The notes under the pieces were generated by a model. The model saw only the letters and a list, made by a program, of their open reading frames with translations. It did not search any database and was not told the origin of the DNA. Positions 1-8,400 of a DNA stretch of 14,839 nucleotides are shown in pieces. This DNA is from a candidate division WOR-3 bacterium (GTDB lineage Bacteria; Hydrothermota; Tepidihabitantia; Tepidihabitantales; JAOUPE01). The stretch's first letter is position 1. Every line of letters begins with the position of its first letter. The DNA lies in the NCBI GenBank assembly GCA_039801565.1, contig JBDRUX010000061.1, forward strand, positions 1 to 14,839. Reading direction: 5' to 3'. Made by a program: the position numbers and the translations under genes.

Positions 1-380
1 CGATGGACGAGACTATGGAATGGGCGTGTCAAGGTTCTTATCTGGATATGAAAGAATTAGAAGAATGGGATCGAAAAAACGGTATTTCCGATACCGAAAA
101 ATCAACTATTGGAGGATGAATTTGCAGACAATTTGCTGCTTGACCTTGCCTCATTATTTCACTAATCCCTAAGAACGGTGCCTTAATTACTGATTTTAAG
201 GATGCATAAGAAATAATGTTCAGATAGGTTAAATCGTTTTTGGTGTTTATCAATCCCTGACCATTAATCGTGGACTTTTGGGATGAAAATTTAGTTCAAA
301 CTGGTTCAATTGTTTAAATAGTAACACGAAGCCGAAAGAAATACCACTTGGCAACCAAGAGGCTTTGCCGCTTTATCTGA

Positions 381-408
381 TTGACTTAATTTTTTGGTCG
401 GATAAAAT
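381..408 (+). promoter_or_regulatory. sigma70-type promoter of mnmG (TTGACT-N16-TAAAAT), probably leaderless
   Basis: -35 TTGACT at 381-386 and -10 TAAAAT at 403-408. The GTG start at 415 follows after a 6-nt gap, and there is no Shine-Dalgarno. Confidence 0.65.
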
Positions 409-414
409 CTTATT

Positions 415-2307
415 GTGAAAAAAGATTTAATCAGTCGGACTACGAACCAGTATGATGTAATTGTAGTTGGGGGTGGTCATGCCGGAATCGAAGCCGCTTT
501 AGCCGCAGCCAAAATGAGCTGTGCCACTTTGTTAATTACAATGAATCTTGACACCTTGGGACTTATGTCCTGTAATCCAGCAATCGGCGGTATCGGTAAG
601 GGGCAATTGGTGAAAGAGATTGATGCCTTGGGTGGTGTGATGGCACAAGTCACTGATTTAACTGCAATCCAGTTTCGGCAGTTAAATACCAAAAAGGGAC
701 AAGCGGTTCGTTCTTCCCGTGCCCAAACCGACCGCCAAAATTATCGGCTTTACTTGCGTTCACTTTGCGAAAAAGAACCAAAGTTAGAATTAAAACAAGG
801 TACGGTCACTAATCTCTTGGTCAAAGGAAAAACTATAGCTGGTGTTAAGACTGAATTGGGTGAAGAGTTTTTGGGTAAAGCGGTAATCTTAGCACCGGGT
901 ACTTTTCTGAATGGTCTTATCCATATCGGCTTGCAGAGTTTTCCGGGTGGTCGAATCAACGAAGCACCAGCGGTTGCCATTGTCAAAAATTTGATTGATT
1001 TAGGGTTCGAATTGAAAAGATTTAAGACTGGGACGCCGGCCCGGCTTGATGGTAGAACGATTGATTTTTCTAAACTGGAGCCACAATATGGTGATGAACC
1101 ACCAACTCCTTTTTCGTTTTGGACCAGACGAAGAGTGAAAAATTTTTTGCCTTGCTATATCACTTATACCAATCGCAAGACTCACGAGATTATTAAATCC
1201 GGACTTGACCGCTCACCATTATACACCGGTAAGATTAAGGGTACTGGAGTGAGATACTGTCCTTCAATTGAAGATAAGGTTGTAAAGTTTCCGGACCGGG
1301 ACCGGCATCAAATCTTTATTGAACCAGAAGGTCTCTCGACAGTTGAATATTATCCTAATGGTGTCTCAACCAGTTTGCCTATAGATATTCAGATCAAGAT
1401 GTTACGGAGTATCAAAGGATTAGAGAATGTAGAGATTTTTCGTCCAGGTTATGCGGTGGAACACGATTTTGCTGACCCCACCCAACTGAAACCAACCCTT
1501 GAGACAAAGTTAATTGAAGGGCTATTTTTTGCCGGTCAAATCAATGGGACCACGGGTTATGAAGAAGCAGCAGCCCAAGGTCTAATTGCCGGAATCAATG
1601 CCGCACTTAAAATTCAAGGTAAAGAACCGTTCATTCTTAGTCGCGCTGATGGTTATATTGGGGTTTTAATTGACGATTTAGTGACCAAAGGGACAAATGA
1701 ACCGTATCGGATGTTCACTTCACGGGTCGAGTATCGGCTGGTGCTTCGAGAAGATAATGCGGACTTGCGACTTTCACCAAAAGGTTATGCCTTAGGGCTT
1801 TTACCCGAAAGTTGTTATAAAAAGGTGAAAGAGAAAGCAAAACTTCTCCAACAGGCGCAAGACTTTTTAGTGAAGACTCGAATTGCACCAAGCCGACTCA
1901 TCAATCAGAAATTAGCCGAATTAAAATCCGCACCGATTAAAAATTCAGTTACCTTAGAAGAACTGTTACGGCGTCCGGAAATAAATTTTGCGAATTTGAT
2001 TGACTTGGCTGGAATCGAGCCCAAAATACCAGAGAAATTATTTTGGCAGATTGAGATCGAAGTGAAATACCAAGGTTATATCGAACGCGCCAAACAGCAG
2101 ATTGAAAAGTTTACTGAATTGGAATCGGTTAAGATTCCAACCGACTTAGATTTCAATCAAGTGGCTGGTTTATCAAATGAAGTGAAAGAAAAGTTAAATA
2201 AGTTTCGTCCGGTCTCATTGGGTCAAGCCCAAAGAATTCCCGGTATTACTCCTGCCGCAATCTTTGCTTTAATGGTCTTTTTAAAACGCAAAAAAGTCCC
2301 AAATTGA
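415..2307 (+). CDS. mnmG: tRNA uridine-5-carboxymethylaminomethyl(34) synthesis enzyme MnmG (GidA)
   Basis: 630 aa. FAD-binding [16 protein letters not shown] plus the MnmG motifs [65 protein letters not shown] and C-terminal [10 protein letters not shown]. Confidence 0.99.
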   Translation: MKKDLISRTTNQYDVIVVGGGHAGIEAALAAAKMSCATLLITMNLDTLGLMSCNPAIGGIGKGQLVKEIDALGGVMAQVTDLTAIQFRQLNTKKGQAVRSSRAQTDRQNYRLYLRSLCEKEPKLELKQGTVTNLLVKGKTIAGVKTELGEEFLGKAVILAPGTFLNGLIHIGLQSFPGGRINEAPAVAIVKNLIDLGFELKRFKTGTPARLDGRTIDFSKLEPQYGDEPPTPFSFWTRRRVKNFLPCYITYTNRKTHEIIKSGLDRSPLYTGKIKGTGVRYCPSIEDKVVKFPDRDRHQIFIEPEGLSTVEYYPNGVSTSLPIDIQIKMLRSIKGLENVEIFRPGYAVEHDFADPTQLKPTLETKLIEGLFFAGQINGTTGYEEAAAQGLIAGINAALKIQGKEPFILSRADGYIGVLIDDLVTKGTNEPYRMFTSRVEYRLVLREDNADLRLSPKGYALGLLPESCYKKVKEKAKLLQQAQDFLVKTRIAPSRLINQKLAELKSAPIKNSVTLEELLRRPEINFANLIDLAGIEPKIPEKLFWQIEIEVKYQGYIERAKQQIEKFTELESVKIPTDLDFNQVAGLSNEVKEKLNKFRPVSLGQAQRIPGITPAAIFALMVFLKRKKVPN

Positions 2308-2339
2308 ACTCTTGAACATCCCTTTTAAAGAATGGATAG

Positions 2340-2360
2340 AATGAGGGGTTGCCCCTCATT
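2340..2360 (+). terminator. stem-loop downstream of mnmG, possible intrinsic terminator
   Basis: AATGAGGGG-ttg-CCCCTCATT is a perfect 9-bp stem about 30 nt after the stop. It is followed by AT-rich AATTATT rather than a clean U-tract. Confidence 0.5.
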
Positions 2361-2365
2361 AATTA

Positions 2366-2408
2366 TTGACTTTACCAATAGTTACTGCTAACTTTTTAGC
2401 CAAGGAGG
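2366..2408 (+). promoter_or_regulatory. possible promoter (TTGACT-N17-TAACTT with TG extension) and RBS of the beta-propeller gene
   Basis: TTGACT 2366-2371, TG at 2386-2387, TAACTT 2389-2394. SD AAGGAGG at 2402-2408 before ATG 2413. Confidence 0.45.
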
Positions 2409-2412
2409 CAAA

Positions 2413-3873
2413 ATGAAATACTGCCTTTTTATAATAACTTGTATCCTTCTTCTCTGCCAATTCACTTTTGCCCAAGATACGCTGTGGCTAAGAAGATTAG
2501 ATATGGGGAATGATGAAATAGCAAATGGCATCGCTTACCGAGAAAACAAAATCGCCATCGCTGGCTATCGGTTTAATGGCTCAAATGACGATTTCTTAGT
2601 GGTGAAGTGTGATAGACAAGGCGAAACCTTATGGACGCGAATTTTTGACTTGGGTTTTGACGAATGTGCAATTGATGCCGGTATTGATGGCGAAGGCAAT
2701 ATTCTTGCCACTGGCTACATTTTCAGTTACAGAGGGCTGAAATTCGAAATTCGAAAATCGAAATTCGGAATTCGGAAGCAAAGTTTTGACCAAGAGTTAT
2801 CAGCACTGGCCATTAACTATGACTCAGCTGGTGAAATCAAGTGGCAGCGAATCGAACCGAATAAAGTCGGAACAGGAATTGTTGCCAGTAATGCTGGATA
2901 TTATTATATCACTGGTTCATCTTTCACCGGGTACGGTTATGACTTTTGGATAGGACGCTATGACCGAAATGGCGAAACCTTGTGGTCAAGGACTTACGAC
3001 TTTACAATATACGATATTGGTTATCGTTCGGCGATTGACCGCGAAGGCAACATTGTGATGGCTGGTTTTCTGGGCGATGGTTACAACTTTGATTGTATCC
3101 TTTTAAAATTTAACCCAGAAGGCGATACCATCTTCACCCGATTCTTTGATTTGAGCCTTTTTGATTATGGCGTTGGAATTGCCACTGACCAAGCGAATAA
3201 TATTGTCATCGGTGGTCTTACTGGTGATACTTTAAACACTGACTATTTGATACTGAAATACGACAGCGACGGCAACCTCTTATGGTCAAGAACCTATAGC
3301 CAAGCCAAAGAGGAAGAAGTATTGGGTGTTAGTTGCGATAACGATAATAATATCTTCGTTACCGGAGTTTCGGGCGAAATGTATTTATATGACTATCTGA
3401 CGATTAAATATGACCCAGCCGGAAATGTGTTATGGACAGCGACCTATGATAATGGCTCGGATGACGAAGGAGGCGATGTCGCCTGTGACGATAATGGTAA
3501 TCCAATTGTCACGGGCGCTTCGTTCGGCACAACAAGTTATGATTTTTTAACGATTAAATACCGCGGTGAACTTGGTATCCAAGAACCACAATCCCATTTT
3601 CGAAATTCGAAATTCAAAATTCAAAATTTAAAGGTATCGGTTCATTCGAGTATCTCTCGCACCGACTTCATCTTCTATGCGCCGTTTTCCGGATATTTCA
3701 ATTTGGAACTGTACAACGCTTCGGGGAAAAGAGAAAGGTTAATCCATTCTGGCTATCTAAATCAAGGTATCCATAAATATTCCCTAAATGGTTTAAATTC
3801 TGGTGTCCATTTCATAAAAATTAGCTCACAAGGAGGAAATAGCACGATTCAAAAATTGATTCTAATCAAATAA
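2413..3873 (+). CDS. secreted beta-propeller repeat protein (SBBP-like) with C-terminal T9SS type A/FlgD-like sorting domain
   Basis: Signal peptide (MKYCLFIITCILLLCQFTFA/QD). About 7 repeats of D-x-x-GN-I-x-x-x-G...D(F/Y)LxxKYDxxGxxLWxRxY. Tail LELYNASG...LNSGVHFIKI...KLILIK. Strong SD. Confidence 0.8.
   Translation: MKYCLFIITCILLLCQFTFAQDTLWLRRLDMGNDEIANGIAYRENKIAIAGYRFNGSNDDFLVVKCDRQGETLWTRIFDLGFDECAIDAGIDGEGNILATGYIFSYRGLKFEIRKSKFGIRKQSFDQELSALAINYDSAGEIKWQRIEPNKVGTGIVASNAGYYYITGSSFTGYGYDFWIGRYDRNGETLWSRTYDFTIYDIGYRSAIDREGNIVMAGFLGDGYNFDCILLKFNPEGDTIFTRFFDLSLFDYGVGIATDQANNIVIGGLTGDTLNTDYLILKYDSDGNLLWSRTYSQAKEEEVLGVSCDNDNNIFVTGVSGEMYLYDYLTIKYDPAGNVLWTATYDNGSDDEGGDVACDDNGNPIVTGASFGTTSYDFLTIKYRGELGIQEPQSHFRNSKFKIQNLKVSVHSSISRTDFIFYAPFSGYFNLELYNASGKRERLIHSGYLNQGIHKYSLNGLNSGVHFIKISSQGGNSTIQKLILIK
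2740..2774 (+). repeat. 7-bp tandem repeat (AAATTCG)x5 inside CDS
   Basis: aaattcg aaattcg aaaatcg aaattcg gaattcg, encoding KFEIRKSKFGIR. Confidence 0.9.
3596..3630 (+). repeat. degenerate 7-bp tandem repeat (AAATTCR)x5 inside CDS
   Basis: attttcg aaattcg aaattca aaattca aaattta, encoding FRNSKFKIQNL in the linker before the C-terminal domain. Confidence 0.85.
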
Positions 3874-3885
3874 TCAAGGGTTCCG

Positions 3886-4587
3886 GTGAATAAAAAGAAT
3901 GGTTTAACTTTTGACCAGCTGGAAAAACTAATTTTGGATAGTGGGGCTGATTTGTTGGGGGTTGCGGATTTGACTGGGGTTAAAACTGAAGACTTTTTAT
4001 TAGATTCTAAGTTTCTTACTAAATTTCAATTTGCTATAAGTATTGCCAAGAAACTTTCCCACGCGATTCTGGAAGAAATCGTTGACCATCCGACCAAACT
4101 CTATTTTCATCACTATCGGACAATAAATATGTTTCTTGACCAATTGGCAATAAAAGTTACTAGTGCAATTGAACAAGCTGGTTATTTAGCGTTACCAATT
4201 CCGGCATCGCAAATCGTGGATTGGCAGAATCAAAAGGCGCATCTTTCGCATAAACGAATCGCCGAAGCCGCCGGGCTGGGTTGGATTGGCAGAAATAACC
4301 TTTTGGTAACTCCTGAATATGGCGCCCAAGTTCGATTAGTAACGATTCTAACCAATATGCCAATCCCATTTTCGAATTTCGAATTTCGAATTTCGAATTT
4401 CGAAGGTTGCGGTGATTGTTATGAATGTGTTGCGGTCTGTCCGGCACAAGCCATCAAGGAAAGAAAAGAAGATTTCGACCATATCAAGTGTTTTGAGAAA
4501 TTAAAAGAGTTTCAAAAAATGGGCTATTCCAGCCAATATATCTGTGGAATTTGTGTCAAAGCGTGCAGGGGCAAACGTATCTCCTAA
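3886..4587 (+). CDS. QueG/reductive-dehalogenase-like 4Fe-4S double-cluster protein (short form, probably cobalamin-binding)
   Basis: SHKRIAEAAGLGWIGRNNLLVTPEYGAQVRLVTILT matches the QueG/RdhA core. It also carries CGDCYECVAVCP and a second Cys set (HIKC...CGICVKAC). At 233 aa it is shorter than canonical QueG, so no symbol is given. GTG start. Confidence 0.85.
   Translation: MNKKNGLTFDQLEKLILDSGADLLGVADLTGVKTEDFLLDSKFLTKFQFAISIAKKLSHAILEEIVDHPTKLYFHHYRTINMFLDQLAIKVTSAIEQAGYLALPIPASQIVDWQNQKAHLSHKRIAEAAGLGWIGRNNLLVTPEYGAQVRLVTILTNMPIPFSNFEFRISNFEGCGDCYECVAVCPAQAIKERKEDFDHIKCFEKLKEFQKMGYSSQYICGICVKACRGKRIS
4370..4404 (+). repeat. perfect 7-bp tandem repeat (TTTCGAA)x5 inside CDS
   Basis: Five identical copies, in the reverse-complement orientation of the AAATTCG arrays. 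They encode FSNFEFRISNFE immediately before the first Fe-S cysteine motif. Confidence 0.95.
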
Positions 4588-4618
4588 CACCAGATGATTT
4601 ACTTGGCAGGACAATCCC

Positions 4619-4650
4619 TTGAACAATTTAAACTTTTGAACCAATTAAAC
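4619..4650 (+). repeat. TTRAAC cluster (4 copies, 8-9 bp period)
   Basis: TTGAAC 4619, TTAAAC 4628, TTGAAC 4636, TTAAAC 4645. Related clusters lie at 294-317(-), 2304-2317, 9605-9629(-), 10875-10898 and 12553-12577. Confidence 0.75.
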
Positions 4651-4676
4651 GCACTGTTAATTTTCATCTTCGCTAC

Positions 4677-5273
4677 TTGCCAAACATAAATTTTGTGATA
4701 AATTGTCTTATGTTTTTGAACTCAAGGTTGGCAACCTTTACAGTGAAGCCTACTTTAAAAATAGAAGGGCGAGCCGGCAAATGGTTTTTTAGTTTGGTTA
4801 TTGCTTGTTTGTTAACAATCTCAGCTAAAACAAGTTCGGCAAAGGAACAAACTTTGGTTTTATCGAAGTCAAAATTTTTTTTAACCCAAACTTTAGTAGC
4901 GCAAGTTACCATAGTGCCAACCGGGATGCAACCAAGCGAAACTTGGAGTCGGCCGGTCCAATTTCAACTTACTAATTGTGATTCAACCGAACGGAGGGAA
5001 ATAGTTAAAATCCCTGACCGCTGGTTTGCGATTGACAAAGTTTATCACTTAGTGGTAAGTTTTAGTTTGGTTGGCTCTGGTTATCATCTTTTGGCAAATC
5101 GAATTGAAGTGAAAGAGCCTTATTCAACGGTTGGGAGTGTTGGCGGGACTTTTGCTTTAGGTATTACGAAAGAATTTTATGATGCGGTGCGTCCCGAAGA
5201 CCGATTCAGCTATCGAGATTTGATATACGACATCTTTGGTATTGTCCTCGGCTATTTTGTCTTCATTCACTAA
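4677..5273 (+). CDS. YfiM/DUF2279-like membrane protein (true start probably downstream, e.g. ATG 4710 or later)
   Basis: C-terminal half DRWFAIDKVYHL...GITKEFYD...FSYRDLIYDIFGIVLG shows the DKxxH / KExxD / FSxxDLxxD pattern of YfiM-like proteins, with hydrophobic helices. The N-terminus is uncertain. Confidence 0.65.
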   Translation: MPNINFVINCLMFLNSRLATFTVKPTLKIEGRAGKWFFSLVIACLLTISAKTSSAKEQTLVLSKSKFFLTQTLVAQVTIVPTGMQPSETWSRPVQFQLTNCDSTERREIVKIPDRWFAIDKVYHLVVSFSLVGSGYHLLANRIEVKEPYSTVGSVGGTFALGITKEFYDAVRPEDRFSYRDLIYDIFGIVLGYFVFIH

Positions 5274-5326
5274 AATTTGATTACCAATAAATTTATAGAA
5301 AGTAACCTTGCCCAGCAAATTTTTGC

Positions 5327-5354
5327 TTGACAAATTCTTTAATCATCTTATAAT
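5327..5354 (+). promoter_or_regulatory. consensus sigma70-type promoter TTGACA-N16-TATAAT for the 1361-aa gene
   Basis: Perfect hexamers at 5327-5332 and 5349-5354. About 130-nt leader with SD AAGGAGGT just before ATG 5491. Confidence 0.8.
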
Positions 5355-5490
5355 CTTTAGGACCCCAGTCAAAAAGCAAAAAGTAAAAGGCTGGGGCATT
5401 AAAATTTAATGAGAAGTCAAAGAGTTCCAAACTACGTAATTAAGCCAACATCGGGCTTAAATCTAATTTTTATCAAATAAAGGAGGTAAG

Positions 5491-8400
5491 ATGTATTTCT
5501 TTAATATTCAATTAAACGGTCTGGTACACAGAGGTCAACTTATATCGGCAACGCTTTTGGTTCTTTTTGGCATAACTTCGGTTTCCGCAGTAACGATTTT
5601 CAGTGAAAATTTCAATAGCCTATGGACAACAACTAATCCGCCACCCGGCTGGACAATTGTTTTTACTGGGGATACTTCTAACAATGATTGGCATCGAGAG
5701 GACGGTCTTGCCCCACCTTGGAATGCCAATCCGACACCCTATGCTTGTCTTATTGGTAACTTACTCACCGGTGATTCCCCAGATTCTTTAATTTCAGATA
5801 CGATTGATTGTTCTGGTTATTATGATATTGCATTACGCTGTTCAACTTATTTCCAATCTTTGATTGGTTCATATCGGGCAGTCCTTTTAGGTTCGATTGA
5901 TGGCGGTTTGTCTTGGCCCTATATAATCCGTGATTATACCAATCAAATTGTCCCTCCCCAGTTAGAAATTTTTACCTTACCCTGGGCAACCAATCAACCT
6001 TTGGTACGTTTCTGCTGGGTCTTTGAGGGTAGCCAGGCTGGTTTAGGACATTGGAGCATAGACAATATTACATTGACCGGAACGACAATTAATGATACTG
6101 ACATCGCCGCTGTTCGAATTAGACGGCCAAAACGGTTTGAAATTCCTGGCACCATCACGCCAACTGTCAAATTTATGAATGTTGGACGAGAGACTCTCTA
6201 TAATGTGGCGGTGACCTGTTCGATTATCCATCTTCCGGATTCAGTACCAGTGCATACCGTTACCGATATCATTGCCACTTTCCCTGCGCAGGACACGATT
6301 GTTCATGATTTTTCTCTTGCTTGGACCGCAGATACTGGTCGGTATAAAGTGATTGTTTTTTCGGATGCGGCAGGGGACCAAGAACGGTCGAATGATACTT
6401 TAGACCGGCGGATAAAGGTTGGTTGGCATGATGAGCAAAGCTACGACAATGACACAATTTTCCGGGATTCAAGTTTTGTTTATGAGCGGTATGGAATTGG
6501 TTTAAGATTCGAGCCGAGTTTTTACCCAGCGCTGGTTGAAAGTGTAAAATTCTATTTTACAGTTGCCGATACGATGTCCAATCGCTTTCGGGTGAGAATT
6601 TGTGATGACGACGGACCTTTTGGTACGCCGGGGACACCTCTTTACGAATCAAAGATTTTGACTGCAGTTTCGGGTTGGAACGCTTATGACATATTACCCG
6701 ATTCGATTGTGGTTTGGGACAGTACATTCTATCTATTCTTCATTCAAGTTGAGGGTCAACCGCTTTCACCAAAACTCGGTTATGATGCATCCCGTGACAC
6801 TTCAGCATCTTATTGGGTATGTTATGACTCGATTTATGTTCGAGATTTTACCCCAGGTGACTGGATGATTCGCTGTGTTCTGAATTACCAATTCACAATG
6901 CCCAGACCAAATCCTACTGATTTTCGAACTGTTTTTATCAGTCAACCGGAAGAGGGGGTAATAGTCCGACCACCAAATTTAACTTTCATTCCCAAGGCAC
7001 GGGTTGAAAACTGGGGCGATTTGCCACAGGCTGGTGTGCCGGTTGTTTGTAGTATTATTTCAATTACGAATCCAACCCTTACCCCTTATGTCAGCATACG
7101 AACTGTTGATTTAAATCCCGGTGCTGACACCTTTTTGGATTTTGACCCTTGGTCACCGAATTTTCGCGGTTTAGGTAGAGTGACGGTTAGAACTTTGCTC
7201 CTTGGTGATTTAGACCCAACCAATGATGCCAAAGAAGAGACAATTTTCGTTTTTCGTTCTTATTTCACCGGTCAAGATTTCTCAACCTATGACTATCGCT
7301 GGATTGATTCGGATACGACCGGCGGTCCAACTTTTGCTTGGATTGATACCAGTGGTAATTTAGGTCCGACTTATAATATTTATCAAGGTGATGACCAAGT
7401 TCATTCGTTTCCTTTGGTTGACTCCCAAGGTGGTTTTGCCTTTCGATATTATGATTCAACTTATTATTGGCTTTGGGTTTCGGATAATGGTTGGATTCAA
7501 TTGGTACCGAATGCAGTTTGGGCGCCACCAGGTTATCCAACTAACCAACCGATTCCGGATACAGCGACACCGAATACTACAGTCTATGCCTTTTGGGACG
7601 ATTTGGTTTTTGGACCAACCTATGGCGGCGGCGCAATAATATTTAAACGATTGGGAACCGCACCGAATCGGAAATTGGCAATTATCTACCAAAATGTCCG
7701 GCGGCGAAACGCACTTAATGACCCTATCACTTTTGAAATTATCCTTCAGGAAAATGGTGTGATTCAGGTTCAATATCAGGATGTCTTTTGTTCCGATGCC
7801 CGTTATAATTATGGTCGAAGTGCGACGGTGGGAATTGAGAGTGACAATGGAGTCTATGGATTACAATATCTTTATGGCGAGGGTGGTGTAGGTGGATTCT
7901 ATCCGGGTAATAAGTTGCGTTCGGGACTTTGTATTCAGTTCTACCCTTACAAAAAAGATATTGCGTTATTCCGAAAAGTTGCGCCACCGCGTTATACACT
8001 ACCGGGTCCGGTAGCGCCGCAGTTCCGGTTGGTCAATTATGGCAATATTGCGATCACCGAATCGTTCTGGACGAAATTAAGAATTAGAAGTACTACTGCT
8101 ATTTATGACGATTCAGTTGAGACTAACATATTTATTCAACCCGGGGACAGTATTACTTTAAACTTTTCGCCCATTGACTTAGATTTAGGCAGATATTCCT
8201 TAGCTTGCACGGTGGCATTCTTGGTTGGTGAAAAGGAGACATTGAACAATGTAATCTTGGATTCGATTTTTGTTCAAGCCTGGGCACAGAAGCCTGATAT
8301 TCCTTTAGGTCGTAGTCATAAACGGGTGAAAGATGGTGCTCTCACTTATTATCCAGCGCAAAAGAAGGTGTTTGCCTTGAAGGGTGGCAACGACTTGGAA

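Noticed and set aside
74..96. CGGTAT/ATACCG stem with a 6-U tail on the minus strand
   Set aside because: Weak 6-bp stem with no credible minus-strand gene upstream to terminate.
1..253. Possible gene end or small ORF at the left edge (plus frames open to 119 and 172; minus ORF 38-253)
   Set aside because: No recognisable motif in any frame, so I cannot tell which, if any, is coding.
254..414. oriC next to mnmG/gidA
   Set aside because: No DnaA boxes (TTATCCACA-like) were seen, and mnmE, rsmG and dnaA are not adjacent in this window.
3589..4413. DGR template/variable repeat pair: 8 of 10 mismatches between the two 53-bp copies fall at adenines of the 3589 copy
   Set aside because: The mismatches are periodic and explained by heptamer orientation and decay, and two are not at A. 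The region is short and A-rich, the putative target is not a C-terminal ligand-binding region, and there is no reverse transcriptase in the window.
3886..4587. Calling this gene queG, or a respiratory reductive dehalogenase
   Set aside because: It is much shorter than either canonical enzyme, with no Tat signal and no rdhB-like partner. Only family-level assignment is supported.
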